Below are positions 50,298 to 59,783 of a DNA stretch of 64,000 bases, piece by piece. The stretch covers positions 253,159 through 317,158 of the forward strand of contig LFCK01000001.1 in NCBI GenBank assembly GCA_001189095.1, given 5' to 3'. Every line of letters begins with the position of its first letter. Position 1 is the stretch's first letter. The notes beneath the pieces were generated by a model that saw nothing but the letters and a program-made list of their open reading frames with translations, was not told the origin of the DNA and made no database searches. The translations under genes and the position numbers were made by a program. Origin of the DNA: Parcubacteria bacterium C7867-001 (GTDB taxonomy: Bacteria; Patescibacteriota; Minisyncoccia; Phycocordibacterales; Phycocordibacteraceae).

Positions 50298-50333
50298 ATA
50301 ACTATAACTCTGGATATCCAGAGTTATAGTTAT
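50298..50333. repeat. 36-bp perfect palindrome
   Basis: ATAACTATAACTCTGGAT|ATCCAGAGTTATAGTTAT. Confidence 0.95.
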
Positions 50334-50363
50334 CTTGGTTTTTGAAAATCCGTTATTTCCAAG

Positions 50364-50401
50364 ATTAACGATAATCTACAACGTTGTAGATTATCGTTAA
50401 T
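50364..50401. repeat. 38-bp perfect palindrome
   Basis: ATTAACGATAATCTACAAC|GTTGTAGATTATCGTTAAT. Confidence 0.95.
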
Positions 50402-50459
50402 AGGGAGTTGTCCACGAAGTGAAAGCGTTTGGGGAGGGGAATGAGGCATACTAAGAGGA

Positions 50460-50978
50460 ATGGATATTGCGAATCAGGTAAGCGGCTACGCCACAACCTA
50501 CGCGCTTGATGCGTGGAGCATTGGTGGGAACTTCATCGCCTTCGGCGTGCTGACGATCGCACTTCTTCTCTTTGCGATGAAGGGCGGGCGCGGCGCAATG
50601 ATTTCGCTCATCGTCTCCATGTATGCGGGCTACGCGATATATCTCGTCTTCCCGTTCACGGATCTCGCGCTCGCCCTTGGCGGAACCGCGCTCGTTAAAG
50701 CGGTTATAAGCGTCGGACTTTTTGTGCTCGCGTCCATACTGCCGTTCCATTTCATTCATCGCATCACGAGCGCTGGATTCGGCAGTCTCACCATCATCCC
50801 GAATTTCTTTCTTGCGCTCCTTACGGCAGGATTTATTTTTGCACTTGGCTATCACTCCTTTGACGTTGCTCAGATTTACGCATTCCCTGAACCAATAAAG
50901 ACGCTTTTCGCCCCGAATGAATATTTCTTCTGGTGGTTCATCGCCCCGCTAGCGGGCCTCATTATCTTCGTGCACTAG
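50460..50978 (+). CDS. membrane protein
   Basis: About five TM segments. Confidence 0.75.
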   Translation: MDIANQVSGYATTYALDAWSIGGNFIAFGVLTIALLLFAMKGGRGAMISLIVSMYAGYAIYLVFPFTDLALALGGTALVKAVISVGLFVLASILPFHFIHRITSAGFGSLTIIPNFFLALLTAGFIFALGYHSFDVAQIYAFPEPIKTLFAPNEYFFWWFIAPLAGLIIFVH

Positions 50979-51211
50979 GCGTAGTGATCGTAGCCAGAGA
51001 GGTGCACGAGTAAATACGGAAAAAAAATTAAGGCCTCAAGTAGGATTAGTGCAAGGAAGGAGAAGGCGATCATCTCGCCGTTCACGAGCTCCCATTCGCG
51101 TTCCGTCATGCCGGAAAGAAGAGCGTGGAGAAAAAGGCCGCCCGCCCAAACGAAGGGTGCAGCGATTGAAACCCAAATCCGCATGTAGTCGCCGAATTCC
51201 TTATCACCCAT
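50975..51211 (-). CDS. small two-TM protein
   Basis: MGDKEFGDY...; -10 TATACC a few nt before ATG; convergent overlap with previous gene. Confidence 0.5.
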   Translation of the reverse strand: MGDKEFGDYMRIWVSIAAPFVWAGGLFLHALLSGMTEREWELVNGEMIAFSFLALILLEALIFFPYLLVHLSGYDHYA

Positions 51212-51360
51212 AGTATGGAAGGTATATACCACACCAATGCCTCCAGACCCTACGGAATAGGCCCTTGTGCGCCATACACTTGATTTTTTAGTAAATATGT
51301 GATATAGTGAACCCACAGCGGATTTGCCGCTTTTTGATCCTTCTAGATTGGGAGGTTCCA

Positions 51361-51981
51361 TTGGATTTAACCGATCCATCAGTTGGCTTCGGCGTTGCGT
51401 CCGGAGTAGTGCAACTCATCGGGTACTGGATCTACAGCCAGTACTCGAGCAAAATCAACATCGGTTCGTGGATGATTTGGACGTTCGGAGCTTTCGTGGA
51501 GTTAGTCTCGTACTACTTCATGACGGAGGGTGATTTGGTAAAAATCATTCTCCCCGCAGCATGCGCTGTAGCGTGCATTCTGTGCTTCCTTACAGCGCTT
51601 GTGCGTAGACGCTTCGGGTGGCCCGACAAGGTCACTTGGTGGTTCGTCGGTGCAGATGTCGCGATCACCCTTGTCGGGCTCGCGCTTCACAATGCCACCG
51701 TAGCGAACCTGCTCTACCAGGTAAGCTTCGCACTTTCGCTCGTCCCCATGCTCCGCGGCATGATGCGAGATGAGGAACGAGAACATCCGTTCCCTTGGTT
51801 AGTTTGGTCCGTAGCATACGGACTGTTCTTGACCTCGGTCTCGCTTCGTACCGATTGGAGCGACTGGCGTCTGTGGAAAGACTGGCTCGACGTCGTGTAT
51901 CCCACGACAGGGCTCGTAACCCATTGGATCGTCTATCGCGCCGCTCAAAACTACTCCTATACTCGTCCGATCGACGACTAG
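51361..51981 (+). CDS. multi-TM membrane protein with internal repeat (PQ-loop-like)
   Basis: SD GGAGG with TTG start; repeated SWMIW / PWLVW halves. Confidence 0.65.
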   Translation: MDLTDPSVGFGVASGVVQLIGYWIYSQYSSKINIGSWMIWTFGAFVELVSYYFMTEGDLVKIILPAACAVACILCFLTALVRRRFGWPDKVTWWFVGADVAITLVGLALHNATVANLLYQVSFALSLVPMLRGMMRDEEREHPFPWLVWSVAYGLFLTSVSLRTDWSDWRLWKDWLDVVYPTTGLVTHWIVYRAAQNYSYTRPIDD

Positions 51982-52081
51982 GACGTTGGGATCTTCGGCG
52001 CTTGCGCCGGAGATCCCTTTTCGTAGGGGGATAAACCCCGCATTACACAACAATTTGCTATAATTCGTCTAACGTATTGCC

Positions 52082-52558
52082 ATGAAGCATATCTATGTCG
52101 TTTCTAGCCCCATACACGGGCTTGGAGTGAATATCGGAGAACCAGCCAAGAAAGGTGAGGTTATTTCCCGTATCAAAGGCGAGATGAAATTCAAGGTGAA
52201 CCAAGACGAGCACGATGCGCTTGATAATCCGGACTGGGTAGGTGTCGCAAAGAATCAGTGGATTGATCCTGAAAAACCCTATAAATTCCTCAATCACTCC
52301 TGCAATCCTTCCGTTGGCATAAAGGGTCGCGTTACTTTGGTCGCGCTCCGCGACATGAAGGAGGGTGATGAAATTACCATCGACTACTCGACTATTGAGG
52401 GCGACCCTCGCTGGAAACTTCTTTGCGCATGCAAAGAAAAGGACTGCCGTAAGACAATTCGTTCTGTGCACTCACTTCCAGAAAAGCAATTTAAGAAGTA
52501 CCTACCCTATGTATCTACTCACTTCAAGAATGTATACTTGAAGGAACGATATGGGTAA
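52082..52558 (+). CDS. SET-domain protein with post-SET cysteines
   Basis: IHGLGV, FLNHSCNP, EGDEITIDY, CACKEKDCR. Confidence 0.93.
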   Translation: MKHIYVVSSPIHGLGVNIGEPAKKGEVISRIKGEMKFKVNQDEHDALDNPDWVGVAKNQWIDPEKPYKFLNHSCNPSVGIKGRVTLVALRDMKEGDEITIDYSTIEGDPRWKLLCACKEKDCRKTIRSVHSLPEKQFKKYLPYVSTHFKNVYLKERYG

Positions 52559-52712
52559 GTCTCGGATATTCTTTATTTTTCTTTTTGTTCTGTTCATATG
52601 TTCCGTCGCAGCTACGTATTATAGATACGTGGTCTTGCAGGACTACGTGATCTTTACGAACGAAGATGATATTCCGAACGAATTTGATCCTTTGACGTAC
52701 ACAAGCATATGA
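52551..52712 (+). CDS. small single-TM protein (53 aa)
   Basis: MGKSRIFFIFLFVLFICSVAATYYRYVVLQDY...; overlaps SET stop and kinase ATG (ATGA). Confidence 0.65.
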   Translation: MGKSRIFFIFLFVLFICSVAATYYRYVVLQDYVIFTNEDDIPNEFDPLTYTSI

Positions 52713-54382
52713 ACACTGAAGGAATTGGGGAATTGATACAGGCATGCGAATGGGCTCCGTCTCAATTTTTTATATTCTCAGCGAATGTATTTGACCCGCT
52801 CATTTACTATTCGCACTTCACCGCACTCCTTCTTTCTCTTGCCTTCGGTCTTTTCGTATTCATCAAAAACCGCACGAACATCGCTGCAAAGCTCCTTGTG
52901 TGGGTGCTCGTGTTCCTTTCGATATGGCTCATTGGTGACCTTATTCTGTGGGCGACGGAATACAGCCAAATAACTCTCTTCTCGTGGTCGGTTATCAATT
53001 TGGCTGAACCGTTTGTTTACGCACTCAGTCTCTACTTCGTCTATGCCTTTATCGATAAAAAGGACATTTCGTTCGGCACAAAGCTGCTGATATTCCTCCC
53101 ACTTCTTCCGACTATCCTCCTCACTCCCACGCGCGTGGCAATGCTCGGATACGATCTCGCAAACTGCGATCGTGACGCCATCGAAGGCGCTCTCGTGTAT
53201 TACGGATACTTCCTTGAAGTGCTCTATCTGCTCTGGATAGTTATCCTTGGTTTTGCGCGACACGCCAAAGCAACTCTGCGTGAACAAAAACAGCAGATCT
53301 TGCTCGTGTGCGTCGGTATTGTCCTCTTCCTCCTCTCCTTTGCATTCGGAAATATCATCGGTAGCCTCTTTGGTGACCTAGATTTCTTCGGTGACTACAG
53401 CTGGACCATCGGTCAATACGGCCTCTTCGGCGTACCAGTCTTCATCGGACTCCTCTCGTATCTCATCGTTCGATTCCGAGCCTTCAATATCGGTCTTATC
53501 GCGGTGCAAGCACTTATCGGCGCATTGTTTATCTTGCTCGCGTCGGAATTTGCATTCGTTACGACTGACTTGAATCGCATTCTCGTTTCAATCACGCTCA
53601 TCCTGACGATCGTACTTGGCTACATGCTCATCAAGAGCGTGCAGCGCGAAATAAAGCAGCGCGAACATATCGAACTTCTGGCGAAGGATTTGAGTGCGGC
53701 AAATGAGCGACAGGTTGCCCTCATCCATTTCATCACCCACCAGATCAAGGGCTTTGTGACCAAGTCGCGCAACGCGATGGCAGGAATTTTGGATGGCGAT
53801 TACGGGCAGGCTCCTGAAACGATGAAGCCACTCGTTCAGCAGGTGTTTGAGTCTGATACGCAGGGCGTGAGTACGATTCAAGAAATTTTAAACGCGTCGA
53901 ACATCAAGAGCGGTAAAGTGACCTACACCATGCAGCCGTTTGACCTCAAGGGCCTCATCGAAGAAGTAGTCGGAACACTCAAGAGCAACGCAGAAAAGAA
54001 GGGTCTCGCGCTCAACGCAAACCTCGGAGAGGCACTCACGGTGACTGGCGACCGCGCGCAGCTTATAAATGCGTACAAGAACATCGTCGATAACTCCATC
54101 AAATACACCCCGAAGGGAAGCGTGACCGTCTCGCTTGAGAAGAAAGACGGGAAGGCACTCTTCACAGTTACAGACACCGGCGTCGGAATCTCGGACGAGG
54201 ATAAGAAAAACCTCTTCACCGAAGGCGGCCATGGTAAGGAATCCACCAAAGTGAATGTCGACTCGACTGGTTTCGGCCTCTACATCGTGAAGAACATCAT
54301 CGAAGCACACAAAGGTCGCGTCTGGGCAGAATCAGACGGTCCAAACAAGGGCTCCCGCTTCTACATCGAACTTCCTGCATAG
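52709..54382 (+). CDS. sensor histidine kinase with multi-TM N-terminus
   Basis: H-box THQIK, N-box NIVDNSIKYT, DTGVGI, GFGLYIV, GSRF. Confidence 0.93.
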   Translation: MNTEGIGELIQACEWAPSQFFIFSANVFDPLIYYSHFTALLLSLAFGLFVFIKNRTNIAAKLLVWVLVFLSIWLIGDLILWATEYSQITLFSWSVINLAEPFVYALSLYFVYAFIDKKDISFGTKLLIFLPLLPTILLTPTRVAMLGYDLANCDRDAIEGALVYYGYFLEVLYLLWIVILGFARHAKATLREQKQQILLVCVGIVLFLLSFAFGNIIGSLFGDLDFFGDYSWTIGQYGLFGVPVFIGLLSYLIVRFRAFNIGLIAVQALIGALFILLASEFAFVTTDLNRILVSITLILTIVLGYMLIKSVQREIKQREHIELLAKDLSAANERQVALIHFITHQIKGFVTKSRNAMAGILDGDYGQAPETMKPLVQQVFESDTQGVSTIQEILNASNIKSGKVTYTMQPFDLKGLIEEVVGTLKSNAEKKGLALNANLGEALTVTGDRAQLINAYKNIVDNSIKYTPKGSVTVSLEKKDGKALFTVTDTGVGISDEDKKNLFTEGGHGKESTKVNVDSTGFGLYIVKNIIEAHKGRVWAESDGPNKGSRFYIELPA

Positions 54383-54384
54383 AA

Positions 54385-54409
54385 AAACCGGCCGCTCCGC
54401 GGCCGGTTT
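54385..54409. terminator. bidirectional terminator
   Basis: AAACCGGCCGC-TCC-GCGGCCGGTTT. Confidence 0.75.
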
Positions 54410-54413
54410 GCAC

Positions 54414-55058
54414 TTACTTTTTGGTTTCTCTCTCGATCAGCTCCCGCTGCTCTTGCGTGAGCTTCGGGAGCTCACCTGATTCCTGATATTTTTTGAATAT
54501 CGGGAGCCAGTTTTCTCGGTGAACTTCAAGCACGACTTCGTCGACGTATGAACCGTTGTGGAAGTCATGATCTCGATGCCGCCCGCAGATGGCATATCCG
54601 CACTTGATCAGGTGTCCGATACTCGGAGCATTGAACGCCTTCACGCGGGAAATGAGCTTGCGGAGGCCCATGATGTTGAACGCGTGATGCTGGAGCCAGA
54701 GCTTTGACTCCGTTCCAACACCTTTACCACGACCTTGTTCGTCGCCAATCGCAGTTCCGGTAGTACCGAAACGATTGTGCCAATTGATGGCGTGAATGCC
54801 CGTGTGGCCGACGTACTGATAGAAAAAGTCGTCGCCTGTCGCCTGTACGCGTTTTAGAATCGCGAAGACTTCAGAATCCGTACTCCCCGGCAGCCCGCGA
54901 ACCCATTCAAGTCCGTTCGAAGGGTAGTAGGGGGCACGAATGTTCGTTGCCTCCAAACCCGACGGCAAGTTTGCCCATTTACTGAAGTCCTCGATGTAGG
55001 ACTCTTGCATGACGGCAAGCGCCATATGCTTGCCCTCATAACATACGAGATCTTTCAC
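54414..55058 (-). CDS. GNAT N-acetyltransferase, RimJ/RimL/SpeG-like
   Basis: RGKGVGTE, HAFNIMGLRKL, FNAPS...KCGY; GTG start inferred. Confidence 0.85.
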   Translation of the reverse strand: MKDLVCYEGKHMALAVMQESYIEDFSKWANLPSGLEATNIRAPYYPSNGLEWVRGLPGSTDSEVFAILKRVQATGDDFFYQYVGHTGIHAINWHNRFGTTGTAIGDEQGRGKGVGTESKLWLQHHAFNIMGLRKLISRVKAFNAPSIGHLIKCGYAICGRHRDHDFHNGSYVDEVVLEVHRENWLPIFKKYQESGELPKLTQEQRELIERETKK

Positions 55059-55175
55059 TGGTCTGTCCTTTCCGGTTGTCTCTCTCCATTTAGTCAGTAA
55101 AAATATATTTGTCAAGTTTTACTTGCCGAACGCCTGAAGCCTGCGTAGTGTGAACACTAGAAGAAAGGAGCTCTT

Positions 55176-55610
55176 ATGAGAGCCGTTATTTTTGATTTCA
55201 ATCGCACCCTACGGGAACACAAGGAGGAGAAACTTCTTCCTCATGCGTACGAAACACTTGTTGAGCTTAAGAAGAAAGGGTATCTACTCTATCTCCTCTC
55301 GCGCAAGGAGGGAGACCGAGCAAACCTTTTAGATTTGCTCGGTATCAACGACTTCTTCGATAAGATATTTTTCGTTGAAGATAAGAATCCGGAGACTTTT
55401 AAGGAAGTCCTTGCATGCCTTCCAGCCGGACTCGAGGAAGTGTTCGTCGTCGGTGATCATCGCCACGAAGAAATCCGCCTCGGAAACAGCTTCGGTCTCC
55501 GGACGATTTGGCTGAAACGAGGCGAGTTCGCGAATCTTCCAGAGAAGAACGCGTTCGATGCCCCGTGGAAAACCATCGTAGACCTTGAAGAAATCCGCGA
55601 GATTCTCTAA
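55176..55610 (+). CDS. HAD family hydrolase
   Basis: VIFDFNRTL, LLSR, VVGDHRHEEI. Confidence 0.85.
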   Translation: MRAVIFDFNRTLREHKEEKLLPHAYETLVELKKKGYLLYLLSRKEGDRANLLDLLGINDFFDKIFFVEDKNPETFKEVLACLPAGLEEVFVVGDHRHEEIRLGNSFGLRTIWLKRGEFANLPEKNAFDAPWKTIVDLEEIREIL

Positions 55611-55730
55611 CGCTAAGCGGCGCCTCCGGCGCCGCTTTTTCTTTACCTCATAGACCACTCGCACCCTGCGCCCACAGGGCGACCCAAAACTCTTTACATA
55701 GTGTCAAGTGACCTATACAGTGAAGGCGCA

Positions 55731-57119
55731 ATGAAGAAACGCGTCGCGAAACGAAGCAGCGCTAAAAGCGATCCCAAGAAGTTCTGGAAGCTCGGCGTTG
55801 ACGACTTTAATACCGAACACTTTAGCGTAAACGCGGAAGGGCAGCTCATCGTGCACGAAGGAAAGCACCAGTACAACATTCTGGATGTTATTAAGAAATA
55901 CGGGACGTCTACTGAAATCGTATTTCCTACTATTATAGAAAACCGCGTACGCGATATCATCTCGACATTCGACGCCTATATAAAAATCCTTGGCTACAAG
56001 GGTAAGTACCGGTATCACTACCCGATGAAAGTGAATCAGAACAAGGAATTTGTTCTTCCTGCGGTAAATGTTGGAGCAAACGTTGACGTTTCAAGCTCCA
56101 ACGAGCTCTATATCGTAAAGCGTATGCTCGAGCAGGGCGTATTCCGGAAAAATATCCACATCATCTGCAACGGGCCAAAAACTCCGAGCTATATGGATCT
56201 TGTTGAAGAGCTCCGAGCGAAGAACCTCAACATTGTTCCTATCATTGAGGACTATGTAGAGCTCGAACGCATGAAGAAATTTAACGGCCCTGTCGGTATC
56301 CGCGTCAATTTAGACGTTAAGGTGAAAAGCCACTGGGATAAGAAGTTCAATCGTTTCGGCTTTACGGAAGCTGAACTTCTTAAGATAGGCAAGGTGCGCA
56401 ATCTTTCCATTCTTCACTACCACATCTCAAGCCAAGTGGAGACACTCGAAGGTTTTGCTGCTCCTTTGAAGCGCGCGATCGACCTCTACGCAAAAATGCG
56501 TGAGAAAAATCCTGGTCTCGATACGATCGATATTGGCGGCGGCGCTGCTATTCCGTATGAGAAGAAGCGACTCTACTCAACAAAAACCCTTATCCAACGC
56601 ATCGTTCGTACCGCGAAGACCCACGCGGACAAAATCGGAGTAAAGCACCCAAACCTGGTCAGTGAATGGGGCCGCTACGTTGCCGCGCCAGCACAGATAA
56701 CGCTCTACCGGATCATGACCGAGAAAGCCCTTGGACCCAAAGACGACCGGCGTTGGTACGTCATAGACGGAAGCTTTATGAATGACCTCCTCGATACGTG
56801 GGCCATTCATCAAAAGTGGCACGTCATCCCCGTGAACGCCCTGAACGCAAAGAAGCTCCGTCGTGTCTGGCTTGCCGGCTCATCATGCGACAGCGATGAC
56901 AAATATACCGCTGGAGGGACACACATCCTGCTTCCTGATCTCGAAACGAATAGGGAGTTGTATATCGCCGTGCTTGATACGGGCGCCTACCAAGATCCGC
57001 TCGCGTCGCATCACTGCCTCCTTTCAAGTCCTGCAAAACTTATTGCAGCAAACGGCGAGATAAAAATAGCGCGAAAACGCGAACAACCCGAGGAAGTTCG
57101 TAAACTGTTTGGGTGGTAG
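55731..57119 (+). CDS. arginine decarboxylase-like enzyme (Orn/DAP/Arg decarboxylase family)
   Basis: YPMKVNQ (PLP Lys), HYHISSQ, DIGGG, EWGRY, SCDSDD, GAYQ. Confidence 0.85.
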   Translation: MKKRVAKRSSAKSDPKKFWKLGVDDFNTEHFSVNAEGQLIVHEGKHQYNILDVIKKYGTSTEIVFPTIIENRVRDIISTFDAYIKILGYKGKYRYHYPMKVNQNKEFVLPAVNVGANVDVSSSNELYIVKRMLEQGVFRKNIHIICNGPKTPSYMDLVEELRAKNLNIVPIIEDYVELERMKKFNGPVGIRVNLDVKVKSHWDKKFNRFGFTEAELLKIGKVRNLSILHYHISSQVETLEGFAAPLKRAIDLYAKMREKNPGLDTIDIGGGAAIPYEKKRLYSTKTLIQRIVRTAKTHADKIGVKHPNLVSEWGRYVAAPAQITLYRIMTEKALGPKDDRRWYVIDGSFMNDLLDTWAIHQKWHVIPVNALNAKKLRRVWLAGSSCDSDDKYTAGGTHILLPDLETNRELYIAVLDTGAYQDPLASHHCLLSSPAKLIAANGEIKIARKREQPEEVRKLFGW

Positions 57120-57215
57120 GACTCGGTGCACGATAGTTGACTTTCTATATTGCTAAGGTATTGTTGCTTTAGAGGCTCTTGGATCCCCAAGAGCCCATAA
57201 CGTTGGAGTATAGAG

Positions 57216-57638
57216 ATGCCTTCGGTGTTAGAGGTTATCCGACGATCGCTCGAGCAACTCGAGCAAGAAGGGAAGTTGGCGCAAGTCGCTCCTGAAGAGG
57301 ACGCGAAAGACCATAAAATTGAATTTTTGGTTGCTCCGGTCCCGTCCTGCTACGATCAGGAACAACTGAAAGCGTTCGCGCTTCAGATGATTCCTCTCAC
57401 GACGAACTCAGTGTTCGGATTCATCCAGAACAGCTCGGTCCATTTCGGCGAACTCTACTTCTACGGCGGCAACGAGCCTGACTCTCGCCGCCATATCTCG
57501 ATTCGCGTATTTCCGAGCATCGCGGTTGCGCGCCACGTGAAGCAGACCGGACTCGGGAAAGCGCAAATGCGCACCAAGTTCGTCGCTGACTTCCAGCAAC
57601 GCGAAGATCGCGAAAAAAAACGAAAGTCCCCTCAGTGA
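57216..57638 (+). CDS. hypothetical protein
   Basis: Own promoter (TTGACT), 5' hairpin, SD GGAG, terminator. Confidence 0.65.
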   Translation: MPSVLEVIRRSLEQLEQEGKLAQVAPEEDAKDHKIEFLVAPVPSCYDQEQLKAFALQMIPLTTNSVFGFIQNSSVHFGELYFYGGNEPDSRRHISIRVFPSIAVARHVKQTGLGKAQMRTKFVADFQQREDREKKRKSPQ

Positions 57639-57751
57639 CCAGTCACTGGAGGACGAGATTCCGCCATTTCCTAAGGAGGAGGTGGCGGACTTTTCTTTAT
57701 ATCCATACCGTGGCACACTCACTGCGGATTCCTTAGCTACAGGAGTGTTCA

Positions 57752-59509
57752 ATGAAGGAAGACCTTCTGCAGGCGAGCCTTGAAGCGTTTTCCGCGCTTC
57801 CTGAGTTTGCCCTCGCAGCACCAAAACTTAAGGTCGAAATTCCCCCTCGGGGGAAAGGCGACTACGCTCTCACCGTTATGGCATTTGCCCGAGCGCTCAA
57901 CCTGCCTCTCGAGGAGGTGGCGGCAACGATAACGGATCGACTTTCTCGCAGCTATTGGGTGACTTCAGCCGTGCATAACGGCCCGTTCCTCAATCTCGAG
58001 CTGGTCCCAAAAACGTTTTTCGAACTCGCCGTCCGCACAGCATCAAAGGGGCCGCTTGAAGCGGCAACCTGCGACAAGATCATGGTCGAGTACCTGTCGC
58101 CGAACACGAACAAACCCCTTCACTTGGGGCATGTCCGAAACGGCGTGCTGGGCACCGCGCTTTCCAACATCCTTGAAGCAGCTGGACACGACGTCGTTCG
58201 CACCAATTTGGTCAACGATCGCGGCGTCCATATCTGCAAAAGCATGCTCGGATATCTCGAATTCTTTCCCGAACGCTCTCCGGAGTCGGAAGGGAAGAAA
58301 GGCGACCACTTCGTTGGAGACTGCTACGTCGCGTATATGAAAGCGCGGAAAGCAGATCCCACGTATGACGAAGACAACGACGTCCCAGCAAAAGCCATGC
58401 TTGAACGCTGGGAAGCCGGCGACAAAGAAGTGCTCGAGCTGTGGGAGCGTATGAATCGTTGGGTCTACGACGGATTCGCCATTACCAATGAACGGTACGG
58501 ATTCTGGTTCGAGGCAACCTATCTCGAGTCAAACCTGTACCAACTTGGTAAGGACATCGTGATGGACGGGCTGGAACGCAAGGTTCTTACTCGTCTTCCC
58601 GACGGTTCAATCGTCTACCTTCTTCCCGAGGAGAAATTCGGGAGGGATCAGGAGGGTAAAATCCGCGTCGCAGGACTCCTGCGCGCGGAAGGAACCAGCC
58701 TCTACCTCACCCAAGATCTGGGTACCGCGGTAAAAAAAGTGGAGGACTACGCGCTCGATCGCTCGATTTACGTCGTCGCGACCGAGCAGGATCACCACTT
58801 CCGCGCGCTTTTCGAGATTTTGAAAGCGCTCGACTATCCGTGGGCAAATCGCTGCTACCACTTTTCCTACGGCATGGTTGAACTGCCTGACGGCAGGATG
58901 AAATCACGCGAAGGGAACGTGGTCGATGCTGATGACTTGCTCGACGAAATGACCGAGCTCGCTCGGGCAGAGATTGCGACGCGACGCGGCGATACGCTCT
59001 CCGGTGAAGAAATTCAGCGGCGCGCGAACATCATCGCTCTTGCGGCAATTCGACTCTACCTCTTGCGGTATACCCCGCACAAAAGAGTCCTCTTCGATCC
59101 GAGCCATTCGCTCTCTTTTGAAGGGGACACGGGTCCGTATTGTCTCTACGCCTACGCGCGGACAAAAAGCATCCTGCAGAAAGCGGTTCGGGAGCAGCCT
59201 CTGCTCGTAGAGCATGCGACACCCACGGCTTTTGAGAAACTCGGTACGGAAGACGAGCGTGTACTCGCTCGGTCAGTGCTGGAATTTCCGGAAGTCGTAC
59301 TGCGATCTGCCGAAAGCTACAATCCGTCGCTCGTTGCTAATGCGGTTCTCGCGCTCGCGCAGAACTTCAGTCGATTCTATCGGTCACATCCCGTGATCGG
59401 AGACGATGAAGAGCTCAGTCGGGCTCGGCTCGCGCTTGTGACGGCCGTCGGAACGATGCTTAAGCGGGGTCTTAACCTGCTTGGCATCGAGGTCCTCGAG
59501 GAGATGTAG
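57752..59509 (+). CDS. argS: arginine--tRNA ligase
   Basis: SPNTNKPLHLGH, MKSREG, FEGDTGPY..YAYAR, C-terminal EEM. Confidence 0.97.
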   Translation: MKEDLLQASLEAFSALPEFALAAPKLKVEIPPRGKGDYALTVMAFARALNLPLEEVAATITDRLSRSYWVTSAVHNGPFLNLELVPKTFFELAVRTASKGPLEAATCDKIMVEYLSPNTNKPLHLGHVRNGVLGTALSNILEAAGHDVVRTNLVNDRGVHICKSMLGYLEFFPERSPESEGKKGDHFVGDCYVAYMKARKADPTYDEDNDVPAKAMLERWEAGDKEVLELWERMNRWVYDGFAITNERYGFWFEATYLESNLYQLGKDIVMDGLERKVLTRLPDGSIVYLLPEEKFGRDQEGKIRVAGLLRAEGTSLYLTQDLGTAVKKVEDYALDRSIYVVATEQDHHFRALFEILKALDYPWANRCYHFSYGMVELPDGRMKSREGNVVDADDLLDEMTELARAEIATRRGDTLSGEEIQRRANIIALAAIRLYLLRYTPHKRVLFDPSHSLSFEGDTGPYCLYAYARTKSILQKAVREQPLLVEHATPTAFEKLGTEDERVLARSVLEFPEVVLRSAESYNPSLVANAVLALAQNFSRFYRSHPVIGDDEELSRARLALVTAVGTMLKRGLNLLGIEVLEEM

Positions 59510-59575
59510 CTATCTCATGTAACGCCCGGCCAACGGCCGGGCGTTTTCTTTATACACAGGACCACTTCGGCCTGC

Positions 59576-59748
59576 TTGCGTCCAGAGGCTGCACTTGTTA
59601 CATTGCACCCAATGCAATTTGAGCTTTACACCGAGAATGTTCGTCGTCTCCGCCGTACTATGCCGGTTAAGGCTGCCTTTGAGCGTTGGTAACACACCTC
59701 CTACGAACTCTCCAAAGCGGCCTTAACAAGGAGGCCGCTTGTTCTTTT
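59576..59748 (+). promoter_or_regulatory. candidate attenuator with leader peptide MQFELYTENVRRLRRTMPVKAAFERW (59612..59692)
   Basis: TTGCGT-17-TACATT promoter, ATG 7 nt later; antiterminator 59666-59681 pairs with 59713-59727; terminator 59715-59740 plus U-rich tail. Confidence 0.65.
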
Positions 59749-59783
59749 GCACCGTAAAGAAAACATGAAAGGAGCTCGAAACC

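Noticed and set aside
50299-50308. TAACTATAAC matches the start of the I-CeuI site in 23S rRNA
   Set aside because: Only 10 nt match and no rRNA context; it is one arm of a palindrome
50408-50416. DnaA-box-like TTGTCCACG, suggesting an origin
   Set aside because: Single imperfect box, no dnaA/dnaN nearby
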